A DNA stretch of 64,000 nucleotides from Balanoglossus misakiensis (taxonomy: Eukaryota > Animalia > Hemichordata), in the NCBI GenBank assembly GCA_040954595.2, contig CM082578.2, positions 1,532,831 to 1,596,830 on the forward strand, in the 5' to 3' direction. Below, in pieces: positions 44,401-59,000 of this stretch. Position 1 is the stretch's first letter. Each line of letters begins with the position of its first letter. A program made the position numbers and the translations under genes. The notes below the pieces were generated by a model, which worked only from the letters and a program-made list of their open reading frames with translations, was not told the DNA's origin and did no database searches.

Positions 44401-47400
44401 GATAAGGGGTATCACGTGCACAATGCATGTTGCAGACGCTGGTTTCTCTTAGCAATAGAGTAGAGGCGTAAGGATGGGTTGATCTTGTGATTAAGAATTT
44501 TGGCAAAGAAACAGAAATTGTGCCATTTAGTTTTGTATTAAACCCTATTCGCGTATTTTATGTTAAAGCACGAAATACTGCAATAATGAGATACGGTAGT
44601 ATTTAACACATATCATATATGATATAATATAGCTTTATCAATACCAGTGAATTTTGTGACGTCATTTCTGTACATTTTTTTTTCTTTTATTTAAAACGCA
44701 CAATGTTACATCAACAAATCAAAAGAAGAAACGAACTGAAAAGTCACATCATAGCTTCAAAATTTATTACACTTTCTGGATGGTTGCATGATTCCTAAGG
44801 CTTGTATACCTTCAACCTCAATGTCACGCGGGAGGATTGGTGTTAATGTAACGGGGAATTAAACTCTATAGATGGGGATAACTCGCTTGGCTAATACTGA
44901 GAGGTACCTATATGGAATCGTGCTGACGTCCAGATACATCGACACGAACACTGGGTATTTATGGTAGCAACTGAAAATATAAGAATTTAATGAAATAAAC
45001 CTACTCGACCACTTGCGTTCTGAGGACAAGTAGGACACAAATAGTCCGCCATCCAAAAGACCGTTCCAGCATTTTATTTTTACCCGTCAAAAGACGCGGA
45101 GATATATTTTTAGATGAAAGATCCATGCATACTCAGATTGCATAGTACTTGTCTTCCTTGTGTTCCTTAAAATAATGAATGTATTGTATTTTCTTTTCTT
45201 TTCATCAGGAATGTGATAACTTTCTTAACACTTCAAAAGTTTCTTTACTCTTCAATCACTTCTGTCTCAACTGTTAAGTTTAACTTTTACTTCCAAATCT
45301 CAGGTCACAAACTTTATAGACTGCTAAACAATTTTCTTCCTAGTGTTGTATGCGCCACTTGTGAATTTTTGCGAGTGAGATTCACGGGCGTTTGAGCACA
45401 ATTTATACAAAAGATGTTTATCGCCATTAGAAAAACGTTCGCGTAGAATCAATGACGTCATGGTAAATTTTAGCTGCATGCTCCAATAGGGATGATAGGG
45501 AGACTACTTGTTGTAGAGCACCTGAAAATGTACGTATTTCGTCACTTCCTTTTCGCGAAATTTAATTCTTAACGGCATCTTAGTTTTAAGATTTGTGATT
45601 TCTTTTTTCTTCAGTTGTACATTTGCATCACAGGATACTTCTTTGTAGACTATCGAACCTTGGCATCTCAGACACAGTACAAGCATGGTTTACATCTTAC
45701 CTTCAATATAGATATCAAACTGTAATCATCGAAAACACTGCAAGTTCACAGTCACCTCTCGTATACGGGGTGCCACTGGCCCTCTCTTGTTCACCATTTA
45801 TATAGCCCCACTTTATAGTAAACTGATTCGTCCCCACATCGTACAATTTCATCAGTACGCCGATGATAACCAGCGATACCTCGCCTTTTCCCATCAAGAT
45901 TCAACCTCTGACGTTCCTGTCTTCTAAGGATTGTTGAACTTTAATTCATGCAGTTTGTTGTTACGGCCGGTCGTCCTCCGGACGTTTACCTCATCGGCTT
46001 CTGTGGGGAATCAGCCACGTCCGAAGGCTGACGGCGTACATTCTCTCCATCTCCTTCTCCACCCAACATATTCATAAAGTCCGAGAGAGGTACCCGGCAG
46101 ATCGTAAACCTTTCGTAGACAGAGACTTGCAACAAATTTTCCGAGTAACACAAAGTTCTGGTTTATTACTGGTCACACGTAAGAATTGCACGACTCGATC
46201 CATGCTCGTTGACTCCTATCACGGATCTCCGGTGATAAACGTGTGATCTCAAATTTCACCACACCTTATTAATACGTCAGTCAAGTATTAAGTCATAAAA
46301 GGAACACGTCATCTTAATATATCTTAAACATGAACTTAGCGCGTGATATCTCTATCTCGTTCTGACATGTATCAATTACACAATCTTGTTTACTCTTGGT
46401 AAAGTACCTATGTCAACACTGGACTAAAACCATACAAGTGAATGACTTCTTACGTAATCATAGAAAAGATCTATGAGCGTTAAACTCAGTCGTGACACTT
46501 TCCCACATTTCCAATAATCGAACTTCCACGTTCGATCAAAGAAAGAATGAAAACGAAAACCAAGTCTGCGCTATCGGTTTTAAATACACTACGCCAAAAT
46601 CAAACTCAATAATCTCTTTTAAAATATCACAGCCTGTTCAAAGAAATTAAAGAAAATCGCATAAAACGTTTTCAATGTCAAAATTCAAAGCGACTTCACT
46701 GTTCTGACTTCTCGTCAAAGAGTGTCTCTTTTCCAGTGAAAAATTCAACAGTCAATAACCGCGTAAAAAATCAAGTCTGATAGTTCTTTCGTACAAACAG
46801 TCTCTTCACTGCTGTACTAACGGAGCAGGCACTTTCCAAAGATGCTCTCGAACACAATAACTGTTCCGGATAATACCGCCAAGTACGGAGCATTTCAGAG
46901 TGGATCATAATGCAATACAAGCTCGTAATAAACAGTAAAAGTGAATTTAATGAATGTTAAAAGATCTTAATTTAATACCACTATCTGATCGCAGGAGAGA
47001 ACAGCGGCTTCATCTTATGTACAAAATCGTAAATAACCAAATCGCAACTCCAGCCGAAAGTCATATTAAATTCAACCCACGTACATCCAGTAATTCACAC
47101 TCAAGACCCCTGTTCATACCAATGTGCAAAACAGATACTTACAAAGTTAACACTCCTTCATTCCGCGAACCATTATTGACTGGAACCACTTACCTGATAA
47201 CATTGTAACTAGCACAAACCTAGAGCATTTTAAAGCTGGTCTTTCAGGAATAACTAGTCATCACGACTAAATTCACCTTGCGCACCTGCAGGATTACTGC
47301 TCAATTTCTGAGTTACTCTGCAGTATTATACAGATACAGATATAGATACAGATACACTTCATCATACTGTCAGGTTCAAAAATAACCACGACACGAATTC

Positions 47401-47715
47401 TTATGTGAAAGGATGCGTAAGACTACAATAAAATCACGCTCAACTTCAACTACACTCTGGGACTTCTCTCTTGTCCCTCGTATGAACTCACATGCCAACT
47501 CAAAGGGCCATTTTCATACGCCAGACCGTCTCCCTTGCGGTCATTAAAACATCACGACTTCATCACCAGACCGTCTCTCTTGCGGTCATCACAAAAACTT
47601 CAACAACTCCTCGAAAACCTATTAAACTTCACTACACTGCACGGCATCACTTCAACAAAAGAATACACATTTACAATGTCGAAAACAATGCAAAAACTTG
47701 GTGGAAAACAATATC
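41433..47715. repeat. Segmental duplication, copy B (truncated by the satellite)
   Basis: Starts cagatagaaggtctttt and ends ggaaaacaatatc at the satellite junction. Confidence 0.95.
46947..47353 (+). mobile_element. 5'-truncated CR1-like LINE 3' end, specific to copy B
   Basis: MLKDLNLIPLSDRRREQRLHLMYKIVN..SF...WN C-terminal ORF2 motif; (tacaga)n tail; empty site tgaat|acacttc in copy A (~37419). Confidence 0.85.
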
Positions 47716-50700
47716 TAGCTAGTGGCCAGTGTCGTGCCCATCAATTTTGAGTGTTTGGTGGGGTCAACCTTTGCGTCAGCATTGATTAACCAGGCCAGAG
47801 CTAGTGGCCAGTGTCGTGCCCATTAATTTTGAGTGTTTGGTGGGGTCAACCTTTGCGTCAGCATTGATTAACCAGGCCAGAGCTAGTGGCCAGTGCCGTG
47901 CCCATTAATTTTGAGTGTTTGGTGGGGTCAACCTTTGCGTCAGCATTGATTAACCAGGCCATGCAGAGCTAGTGGCCAGTGTCGTGCCCATTAATTTTGA
48001 GTGTTTGGTGGGGTCAACCTTTGCGTCAACATTGATTAGCCAGGCCAGAGCTAGTGGCCAGTGTCGTGCCCATCAATTTTGAGTGTTTGGTGGGATCAAC
48101 CTTTGCGTCAACATTAATTAACCAGGCCATGCAGAGCTAGTGGCCAGTGTCGTGCCCATTAATTTTGAGTGTTTGGTGGGGTCAACCTTTGCGTCAACAT
48201 TGATTAACCAGGCCATGCAGAGCTAGTGGCCAGTGTCGTGCCCATTAATTTTGAGTGTTTGGTGGGGTCAACCTTTGCGTCAACATTGATTAGCCAGGCC
48301 AGAGCTAGTGGCCAGTGTCGTGCCCATCAATTTTGAGTGTTTGGTGGGGTCAACCTTTGCGTCAACATTGATTAGCCAGGCCAGAGCAAGTGGCCAGTGT
48401 AGTGCCCATCAATTTTGAGTGTTTGGTGGGGTCAACCTTTGCGTAAACATTGATTAGCCAGGCCAGAGCTAGTGGCCAGTGTCGTGCCCATCAATTTTGA
48501 GTGTTTGGTGGGGTCAACCTTTGCGTCAACATTGATTAGCCAGGCCAGAGCTAATGGCCAGTGTCGTGCCCATCAATTTTGAGTGTTTGGTGGGGTCAAC
48601 CCTTGCGTCAACACTGATTAACCAGGCCATGCAGAGCTATTGGCCAGTGTCGTGCCCATTAAATTTGAGTGTTTGGTGGGGTCAACCTTTGCGTCAACAT
48701 TGATTAGCCAGGCCAGAGCTAGTGGCCAGTGTCGTGCCCATCAATTTTGAGTGTTTGGTTGGGTCAACCCTTGCGTCAACATTGATTAGCCAGGCCAGAG
48801 CTAGTGGCCAGTGTCGTGCCCATCAATTTTGAGTGTTTGGTGGGGTCAACCTTTGCGTCAACATTGATTAACCAGGCCATGCAGAGCTAGTGGCCAGTGT
48901 CGTGCCCATCAATTTTGAGTGTTTGGTGGGGTCAACCTTTGCGTCAACATTGATTAACCAGGCCATGCAGAGCTAGTGGCCAGTGTCGTGCCTATTAATT
49001 TTGAGTGTTTGGTGGGGTCGACCTTTGCGTCAACATTGATTAACCAGGCCATGCAGAGCTAGTGGCCAGTGTCGTGCCCATTAATTTTGAGTGTTTGGTG
49101 GGGTCGACCTTTGCGTCAACATTGATTAACCAGGCCATGCAGAGCTAGTGGCCAGTGTCGTGCCCATTAATTTTGAGTGTTTGGTGGGGTCGACCTTTGC
49201 GTCAACATTGATTAACCAGGCCATGCAGAGCTAGTGGCCAGTGTCGTGCCCATTAATTTTGAGTGTTTGGTGGGGTCGACCTTTGCGTCAACATTGATTA
49301 ACCAGGCCAGAGCTAGTGGCCAGTGTCGTGCCCATTAATTTTGAGTGTTTGGTGGGGTCGACCTTTGCTTCAACATTGATTAGCAAGGCCAGAGCTAGTG
49401 GCCAGTGTCGAGCCCATCAATTTTGAGTGTTTGGTGGGGTCCACCCTTGCGTCAACATTGATTAGCCGGGCCAGAGCTAGTGGCCAGTGTCGTGCCCATC
49501 AATTTTGAGTGTTTGGTGGGGTCCACCCTTGCGTCAACATTGATTAGCCAGGCCTGAGCTAGTGGCCAGCGTCGTGCCCATCAATTTTGAGTGTTTGGTG
49601 GGGTCAACCCTTGCGTCAACATTGATTAGCCAGGCCAGAGCTAGTGGCAAGTGTCGTGTCCATCAATTTTGAGTGTTTGGTGGGGTCAACCCTTGCGTCA
49701 ACATTGATTAGCCAGGCCAGAGCTAGTGGCCAGTGTCGTGCCCATCAATTTTGAGTGTTTGGTGGGGTCAACCCTTGCGTCAACATTGATTAACCAGGCC
49801 ATGCAGAGCTAGTGGCCAGTGTCGTGCCCATTAATTTTGAGTGTTTGGTGGGGTCGACCTTTGCGTCAACATTGATTAGCCAGGCCAGAGCTAGTGGCCA
49901 GTGTCGTGCCCATCAATTTTGAGTGTTTGGTGGGGTCAACCCTTGCGTCAACATTGATTAGCCAGGCCATGCAGAGCTAGTGGCCAGTGTCGTGCCCATC
50001 AATTGTGAGTGTTTGGTGGGGTCAACCCTTGCGTCAACATTGATTAGCCAGGCCAGAGCTAGTGGCCAGTGTCGTGCCCATCAATTTTGAGTGTTTGGTG
50101 GGGTCAACCCTTGCGTCAACATTGATTAGCCAGGCCAGAGCTAGTGGCCAGTGTCGTGCCCATCAATTTTGAGTGTTTGGTGGGGTCAACCTTTGCGTCA
50201 ACATTGATTAACCAGGCCATGCAGAGCTACCGGTAGTGGCCAGTGTCGTGCCCATTAATTTTGAGTGTTTGGTGGGGTCAACCTTTGCGTCAACATTGAT
50301 TAACCAGGCCAGAGCTAGTGGCCAGTGTCGTGCCCATTAATTTTGAGTGTTTGGTGGGGTCAACCTTTGCGTCAACATTGATTAACCAGGCCATGCAGAG
50401 CTAGTGGCCAGTGTCTTGCCCATTAATTTTGAGTGTTTGGTGGGGTCAACCTTTGCGTCAACATTGATTAACCAGGCCATGCAGAGCTAGTGGCCAGTGT
50501 CGTGCCCATTAATTTTGAGTGTTTGGTGGGGTCAACCTTTGCGTCAACATTGATTAGCCAGGCCAGAGCTAGTGGCCAGTGTCGTGCCCATCAATTTTGA
50601 GTGTTTGGTGGGGTCAACCCTTGCGTCAACATTGATTAACCAGGCCATGCAGAGCTAGTGGCCAGTGTCGTGCCCATTAATTTTGAGTGTTTGGTGGGGT

Positions 50701-53700
50701 CGACCTTTGCGTCAACATTGATTAGCCAGGCCAGAGCTAGTGGCCAGTGTCGTGCCCATCAATTTTGAGTGTTTGGTGGGATCAACCCTTGCGTCAACAT
50801 TGATTAGCCAGGCCAGAGCTAGTGGCCAGTGTCGTGCCCATCAATTGTGAGTGTTTGGTGGGGTCAACCCTTGCGTCAACATTGATTAGCCAGGCCAGAG
50901 CTAGTGGCCACTGTCGTGCCCATCAATTTTGAGTGTTTGGTGGGATCAACCCTTGCGTCAACATTGATTAGCCAGGCCAGAGCTAGTGGCCAGTGTCGTG
51001 CCCATCAATTTTGAGTGTTTGGTGGGGTCAACCTTTGCGTCAACATTGATTAACCAGGCCATGCAGAGCTACCGGTAGTGGCCAGTGTCGTGCCCATTAA
51101 TTTTGAGTGTTTGGTGGGGTCAACCGTTGCGTCAACATTGATTAACCAGGCCAGAGCTAGTGGCCAGTGTCGTGCCCATTAATTTTGAGTGTTTGGTGGG
51201 GTCAACCTTTGCGTCAACATTGATTAACCAGGCCATGCAGAGCTAGTGGCCAGTGTCGTGCCCATTAATTTTGAGTGTTTGGTGGGGTCAACCTTTGCGT
51301 CAACATTTATTAACCAGGCCATGCAGAGCTAGTGGCCAGTGTCGTGCCCATTAATTTTGAGTGTTTGGTGGGGTCAACCTTTGCGTCAACATTGATTAAC
51401 CAGGCCATGCAGAGCTAGTGGCCAGTGTCGTGCCCATTAATTTTGAGTGTTTGGTGGGGTCAACCTTTGCGTCAACATTGATTAACCAGGCCATGCAGAG
51501 CTAGTGGCCAGTGTCGTGCCCATCAATTTTGAGTGTTTGGTGGGGTCAACCCTTGCGTCAACATTGATTAACCAGGCCATGCAGAGCTAGTGGCCAGTGT
51601 CGTGCCCATTAATTTTGAGTGTTTGGTGGGGTCAACCTTTGCGTCAACATTGATTAGCCAGGCCAGAGCTAGTGGCCAGTGCCGTGCCCATCAATTTTGA
51701 GTGTTTGGTGGGGTCAACCCTTGCGTCAACATTGATTAGCCAGGCCAGAGTTAGTGGCCAGTGTCGTGCCCATCAATTTTGAGTGTTTGGTGGGGTCAAC
51801 CCTTGCGTCAACATTGATTAGCCAGTCCAGAGCTAGTGGCCAGTGTCGTGCCCATCAATTTTGAGTGTTTGGTGGGGTCAACCTTTGCGTCAACATTGAT
51901 TAACCAGGCCATGCAGAGCTACCGGTAGTGGCCAGTGTCGTGCCCATTAATTTTGAGTGTTTGGTGGGGTCAACCGTTGCGTCAACATTGATTAACCAGG
52001 CCAGAGCTAGTGGCCAGTGTCGTGCCCATTAATTTTGAGTGTTTGGTGGGGTCAACCTTTGCGTCAACATTGATTAACCAGGCCATGCAGAGCTAGTGGC
52101 CAGTGTCGTGCCCATTAATTTTGAGTGTTTGGTGGGGTCAACCTTTGCGTCAACATTGATTAACCAGGCCATGCAGAGCTAGTGGCCAGTGTCGTGCCCA
52201 TTAATTTTGAGTGTTTGGTGGGGTCAACCTTTGCGTCAACATTGATTAACCAGGCCATGCAGAGCTAGTGGCCAGTGTCGTGCCCATTAATTTTGAGTTT
52301 TTGGTGGGGTCAACCTTTGCGTCAACATTGATTAACCAGGCCATGCAGAGCTAGTGGCCAGTGTCGTGCCCATTAATTTTGAGTGTTTGGTGGGGTCAAC
52401 CTTTGCGTCAACATTGATTAACCAGGCCATGCAGAGCTAGTGGCCAGTGTCGTGCCCATTAATTTTGAGTGTTTGGTGGGGTCAACCTTTGCGTCAACAT
52501 TGATTAGCCAGGCCAGAGCTAGTGGCCAGTGTCGTGCCCATCAATTTTGAGTGTTTGGTGGGGTCAACCCTTGCGTCAACATTGATTAGCCAGTCCAGAG
52601 CTAGTGGCCAGTGTCGTGCCCATCAATTTTGAGTGTTTGGTGGGGTCAACCTTTGCGTCAACATTGATTAACCAGGCCATGCAGAGCTACCGGTAGTGGC
52701 CAGTGTCGTGCCCATTAATTTTGAGTGTTTGGTGGGGTCAACCTTTGCGTCAACATTGATTAACCAAGCCAGAGCTAGTGGCCAGTGTCGTGCCCATTAA
52801 TTTTGAGTGTTTGGTGGGGTCAACCTTTGCGTCAACATTGATTAACCAGGCCATGCAGAGCTAGTGGCCAGTGTCGTGCCCATTAATTTTGAGTGTTTGG
52901 TGGGGTCAACCTTTGCGTCAACATTGATTAACTAGGCCATGCAGAGCTAGTGGTCAGTGTCGTGCCCATTAATTTTGAGTGTTTGGTGGGGTCAACCTTT
53001 GCGTCAACATTGATTAACCAGGCCATGCAGAGCTAGTGGCCAGTGTCGTGCCCATTAATTTTGAGTGTTTGGTGGGGTCAACCTTTGCGTCAACATTGAT
53101 TAGCCAGGCCAGAGCTAGTGGCCAGTGTCGTGCCCATTAATTTTGAGTGTTTGGTGGGGTCAACCTTTGCGTCAACATTGACTAGCCAGGCCAGAGCTAG
53201 TGGCCAGTGTCGTGCCCATCAATTTTGAGTGTTTGGTGGGGTCAACCCTTGCGTCAACATTGATTAGCCAGGCCAGAGCTAGTGGCCAGTGTCGTGCCCA
53301 TCAATTTTGAGTGTTTGGTGGGGTCAACCCTTGCGTCAACATTGATTAGCCAGGCCAGAGCTAGTGGCCAGTGTCGTGCCCATCAATTTTGAGTGTTTGG
53401 TGGGGTCAACCCTTGCATCAGCATTGATTAGCCAGGCCAGAGCTAGTGGCCAGTGTCGTGCCCATCAATTTTGAGTGTTTGGTGGGGTCAACCTTTGCGT
53501 CAGCATTGATTAGCCAGGCCAGAGCTAGTGGCCAGTGTCGTGCCCATCAATTTTGAGTGTTTGGTGGGGTCAACCCTTGCGTCAGCATTGATTAGCCAGG
53601 CCAGAGCTAGTGGCCAGTGTCGTGCCCATCAATTTTGAGTGTTTGGTAGGGTCAACCTTTGCGTCAACATTGATTAGCCAGGCCAGAGCTAGTGGCCAGT

Positions 53701-56083
53701 ATCGTGCCCATCAATTTTGAGTGTTTGGTGGGGTCAACCTTTGCGTCAACCTTGATTAACCAGGCCATGCAGAGCTAGTGGCCAGTGTCGTGCCCATCAA
53801 TTTTGAGTGTTTGGTGGGGTCAACCTTTGCGTCAACATTGATTAACCAGGCCATGCAGAGCTAGTGGCCAGTGTCGTGCCCATCAATTTTGAGTGTTTGG
53901 TGGGGTCAACCTTTGCGTCAACATTGATTAACCAGGCCATGCAGAGCTAGTGGCCAGTGTCGTGCCCATCAATTTTGAGTGTTTGGTGGGGTCAACCTTT
54001 GCGTCAACATTGATTAACCAGGCCATGCAGAGCTAGTGGCCAGTGTAGTGCCCATCAATTTTGAGTGTTTGAAGGTGTGGTCAACCTTTGCGTCAACATT
54101 GATTAACCAGGCCATGCAGAGCTAGTGGCCAGTGTAGTGCCCATCAATTTTGAGTGTTTGCAGGTGTGGTCAACCTTTGCGTCAACATTGATTAACCAGG
54201 CCATGCAGAGCTAGTGGCCAGTGTAGTGCCCATCAATTTTGAGTGTTTGCAGGTGTGGTCAACCTTTGCGTCAACATTGATTAACCAGGCCATGCAGAGC
54301 TAGTGGCCAGTGTAGTGCCCATCAATTTTGAGTGTTTGCAGGTGTGGTCAACCTTTGCGTCAACATTGATTAACCAGGCCATGCAGAGCTAGTGGCCAGT
54401 GTCGTGCCCATCAATTTTGAGTGTTTGCAGGTGTGGTCAACCTTTGCGTCAACATTGATTAACCAGGCCATGCAGAGCTAGTGGCCAGTGTCGTGCCCAT
54501 CAATTTTGAGTGTTTGGTGGGGTCAACCTTTGCGTCAACATTGATTAACCAGGCCATGCAGAGCTAGTGGCCAGTGTCGTGCCCATCAATTTTGAGTGTT
54601 TGGTGGGGTCAACCTTTGTGTCAACATTGATTAACCAGTCCATGCAGAGCTAGTGGCTAGTGTCGTGCCCATCAATTTTGAGTGTTTGGTGGGGTCAACC
54701 TTTGCGTCAACATTGATTAACCAGGCCATGCAGAGCTAGTGGCCAGTGTCGTGCCCATCAATTTTGAGTGTTTGGTTGGGTCAACCTTTGCGTCAACATT
54801 GATTAACCAGGCCATGCAGAGCTAGTGGCCAGTGTCGTGCCCATCAATTTTGAGTGTTTGGTGGGGTCAACCCTTGCGTCAACATTGATTAGCCAGGCCA
54901 GAGCTAGTGGCCAGTGTCGTGCCCATCAATTTTGAGTGTTTGGTGGGGTCAACCTTTGCGTCAGCATTGATTAGCCAGGCCAGAGCTAGTGGCCAGTGTC
55001 GTGCCCATCAATTTTGAGTGTTTGGTGGGGTCAACCCTTGCGTCAGCATTGATTAGCCAGGCCAGAGCTAGTGGCCAGTGTCGTGCCCATCAATTTTGAG
55101 TGTTTGGTGGGGTCAACCTTTGCGTCAACATTGATTAGCCAGGCCAGAGCTAGTGGCCAGTGTCGTGCCCATCAATTTTGAGTGTTTGGTGGGGTCAACC
55201 TTTGCGTCAACATTGATTAACCAGGCCATGCAGAGCTAGTGGCCAGTGTCGTGCCCATCAATTTTGAGTCTTTGGTGGGGTCAACCTTTGCGTCAACATT
55301 GATTAACCAGGCCATGCAGAGCTAGTGGCCAGTGTAGTGCCCATCAATTTTGAGTGTTTGAAGGTGTGGTCAACCTTTGCGTCAACATTGATTAACCAGG
55401 CCATGCAGAGATAGTGGCCAGTGTAGTGCCCATCAATTTTGAGTGTTTGCAGGTGTGGTCAACCTTTGCGTCAACATTGATTAACCAGGCCATGCAGAGC
55501 TAGTGGCCAGTGTCGTGCCCATCAATTTTGAGTGTTTGCAGGTGTGGTCAACCTTTGCGTCAACATTGATTAACCAGGCCATGCAGAGCTAGTGGCCAGT
55601 GTCGTGCCCATCAATTTTGAGTGTTTGGTGGGGTCAACCTTTGCGTCAACATTGATTAGCCAGGCCAGAGCTAGTGGCCAGTGTCGTGCCCATCAATTTT
55701 GAGTGTTTGGTGGGGTCAACCTTTGCGTCAACCTTGATTAACCAGGCCATGCAGAGCTAGGGGCCAGTGTCGTGCCCAGCAATTTTGAGTGTTTGGTTGG
55801 GTCAACCTTTGCGTCAACATTGATTAACCAGGCCATGCAGAGCTAGTGGCCAGTGTCGTGCCCATCAATTTTGAGTGTTTGGTGGGGTCAACCTTTGCGT
55901 CAACATTGATTAACCAGGCCATGCAGAGCTAGTGGCCAGTGTCGTGCCCATCAATTTTGAGTCTTTGGTGGGGTCAACCTTTGCGTCAACATTGATTAAC
56001 CAGGCCATGCAGAGCTAGTGGCCAGTGTCGTGCCCATCAATTTTGAGTGTTTGGTGGGGTCAACCTTTGCGTCAACATTGATT
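47716..56083. repeat. Satellite array, 82/86/88/91-bp monomers
   Basis: Monomer agagctagtggccagtgtcgtgcccatyaattttgagtgtttggtggggtcaacctttgcgtcaacattgattarccaggcc(atgc); roughly 100 copies. Confidence 0.98.
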
Positions 56084-59000
56084 AATTAAAGCTGCAAGCA
56101 GCATTGGGGGGGCACAAGCGGTTCCCATGGTGACCAGCAAATTCCACGGCTGTATCTGCTGGGGATACCGAGACATGGGAAAGTAGGTCAAAGGTCACCT
56201 GAGGTCACCCCAAATTTGGGCAAAAAAATTGGACCCCATACTAGTCTAGATCCAACAAAAAACCAGACCCCTAGCCCTATTGGTTCGCCTGCAATTAGGT
56301 ATGCACATAATTAATGAGGTCTTGTGTAAGACTCCATTATGTGCTCAATACCCATAACAGCCAGGGCTCTAACTGCTCTGGATGCTGAGATATGGGAAAG
56401 TAGATCAAAGGTCACCCAAGGTCACCCAAAATTAGGGCATACAATTTTGACCCCAGACTGGGCCATGTCCAACCAATACCAGACCTCTAGCCCTATTGGG
56501 TAGCATGGAATTAGATATGCAGAAATAGGTCAAAGGTCATTGCCAAAATTACCAAAATATTTGTGTCATGTCCTGGCAGCATTGGTACCCATGTCCACAA
56601 AATTCATGACTGTGGTGCTTTTACAAGAGGAGGTATGGGGAATATGCATATATAATTAGTTGTTTTAAAACTGGGTCAAAGGTCACGTGAAAATTGCCCC
56701 GAAAAATTGTGACAACTTCCGGTCATATGATGACTCATATCCAAAAAAAGAATTTCCGTGCTGTCAACATTTTGGCTACAAAACAGTATTTTCATTTTTC
56801 AATGGTTTTCCGAAAATCCAACATGGCCGCCATAATGATCGACCAATCACAGTGCGCTTCGCAAACTTGATAGACATAGGTTAGGTGACCACATATCCCA
56901 AATCCCGAGACTCGGTAACCGCTGGTTCTGGAGAAGAAGATTTTTAAAGTTTTAAGTAGTTTTTCAGAAAAACAATTGTAGCAAAAAAACTTTATGTATG
57001 ACGTCATGATTTCAATGGGGTAAAATGATGGACAGAAGGTAGGCTACCTGCACACCAAATTTGAACTCGATCGGCCCTGTAGTTTTTGAGAAGGACTCAT
57101 TTAACGGTTTTCAGGAAATCCAATATGGCCGCCAGGTCACATGACTAATTAAATATTCACGGGCCACTGCACGTCTACTCATTGGCCCCTATCACCCTAC
57201 CAAGTTTCAGCCCCCTAGGTGCTGCGGTTTTCCAGATCTACCTGGCCGAATTTCTCGGAAGAAGAAGAAGAAGAAGAAGAAGAAGAATTAAAGCTGCAAG
57301 CAGCATTGTCCGGGCCCAAGCTCTATTATCTGATCTGATTATTAGATATGCACATAATTAATGAGTAGAAACATAATGTTGTGTTTTATCCCATGAAATA
57401 TCAAGATTATATCTATGTTTAGTGCTGATATAGTGTTAAGTAGGTCAAAGGTCACCCAGAGGTCACCCACAATTTGGGCAGAAAATTTTGACCCATAGTG
57501 GTCCATGTCTAACAAAAACCAGACCTCTAGCCCTTTTGATTAGCCCGGATTTAGGTATGCACATAAATAATGAGTTAAGCAGGTGTCACAGATGACCAAA
57601 AACTTTGGCTTTTCATTATGGCCCCATACCTCCAAACGCCAAGGCTGTATCTGCTGTGGATGCTGAGATTTGCGAAATAGGTCAAAGGTCACCAGAGGTC
57701 ACCCTACATTTGGGTAAAAACATTTGACCCCATACTGGTCCTCTCCAACAAAAACAAAACCTCTAGGTCTATTCGTTCGCCTGTAATTAGCTATGCACAT
57801 AATTAATGAGGTCAGCAGGGGTCAAAGGGGTCGTGAAAAGTAGCAAAATATTTTGATCACACACTAATCCACATACATCAAAAACCAAACTTATAGCCCT
57901 ATTGGTTAGCCTGGAATAAGATATGCAGAAAAATGATGCATCAAAAGTAGGTCAAAGGTCATTGCCAAAATTACCAAAATATTTATAGCACATTGTAGTC
58001 ATATGATGATTCATATCCATAAAAAGAATTTCTGTGCTATCAATTTTTAGGCTAGAAAGGGAATTTTTACTTTTTAATCGTTTTTCGCAAAATCCAATAT
58101 GGCCGCCATAATCTTCGACCAATCACAATGCTCTTTGCAAACTTGATAGACATCAGTATAGTGACCATACTGCCCAAATCGTGTGACTCAATTATCGCCG
58201 GTTCTTGAGAAGAAGATTTTTGAAGTTTTACTATGGTTTTTCGAAAATCCAATATGGCCGCCATTATCTTCGACCAATCACAATGATTTTCGCAAACTTG
58301 ATAGACATCAGATAGGTGACCACATACCCCAAACCCCGTGTCTCGGTTATCACCGGTTCTGGAGAAGAAGATTTTTGAAATTTAAGCCAGATTTCAGAAA
58401 TAAAATTGTAGCAAAACAACTGCAACATTGTCAGCATAAGTTCCAATTACAAAAATGATGGGCAGAAGGTAGTCTACCAGCATGCCAAATTTGAAGTTGA
58501 TCTGACTTGTAGTTTCTGAGATCTGAGATTTGCATTTTTTCAGAAAATCCAAGATGGCCGCCAGGTCACGTGACTAATTAAAAATTCACAGGTTCAATGC
58601 ACGACTACTCATTGACCTTGACCACTGTAGCAAGTTTCAGAAGTGTACCTGCAGTGGTGTCTGAGATCTAGAGCGACAAAGAATTGACACAAGAATAAAG
58701 AAAGAAAGAAGAAAGAAGGAAAGACAGAATTAAAGCTGCAAGCAGCATTGTCCGGGCCCAAGCTTTATTATCTGATCTGATATTAGATATGCACATAATT
58801 AATGAGAAGAAACATAATGCTGTGTTTATCCCATGAAATATCAAGGTTATATCTATGTTTGGTGCTGATATAGTGTTAAGTAGGTCAAAGGTCACCCAGA
58901 GGTCACCCACAATTTGGGCAGAAAATTTTGACCCATAGTGGTCCATGTCCAACAAAAACCAGACCTCTAGGCCTTTTGGTTAGTACAGAATTAGGTATGC

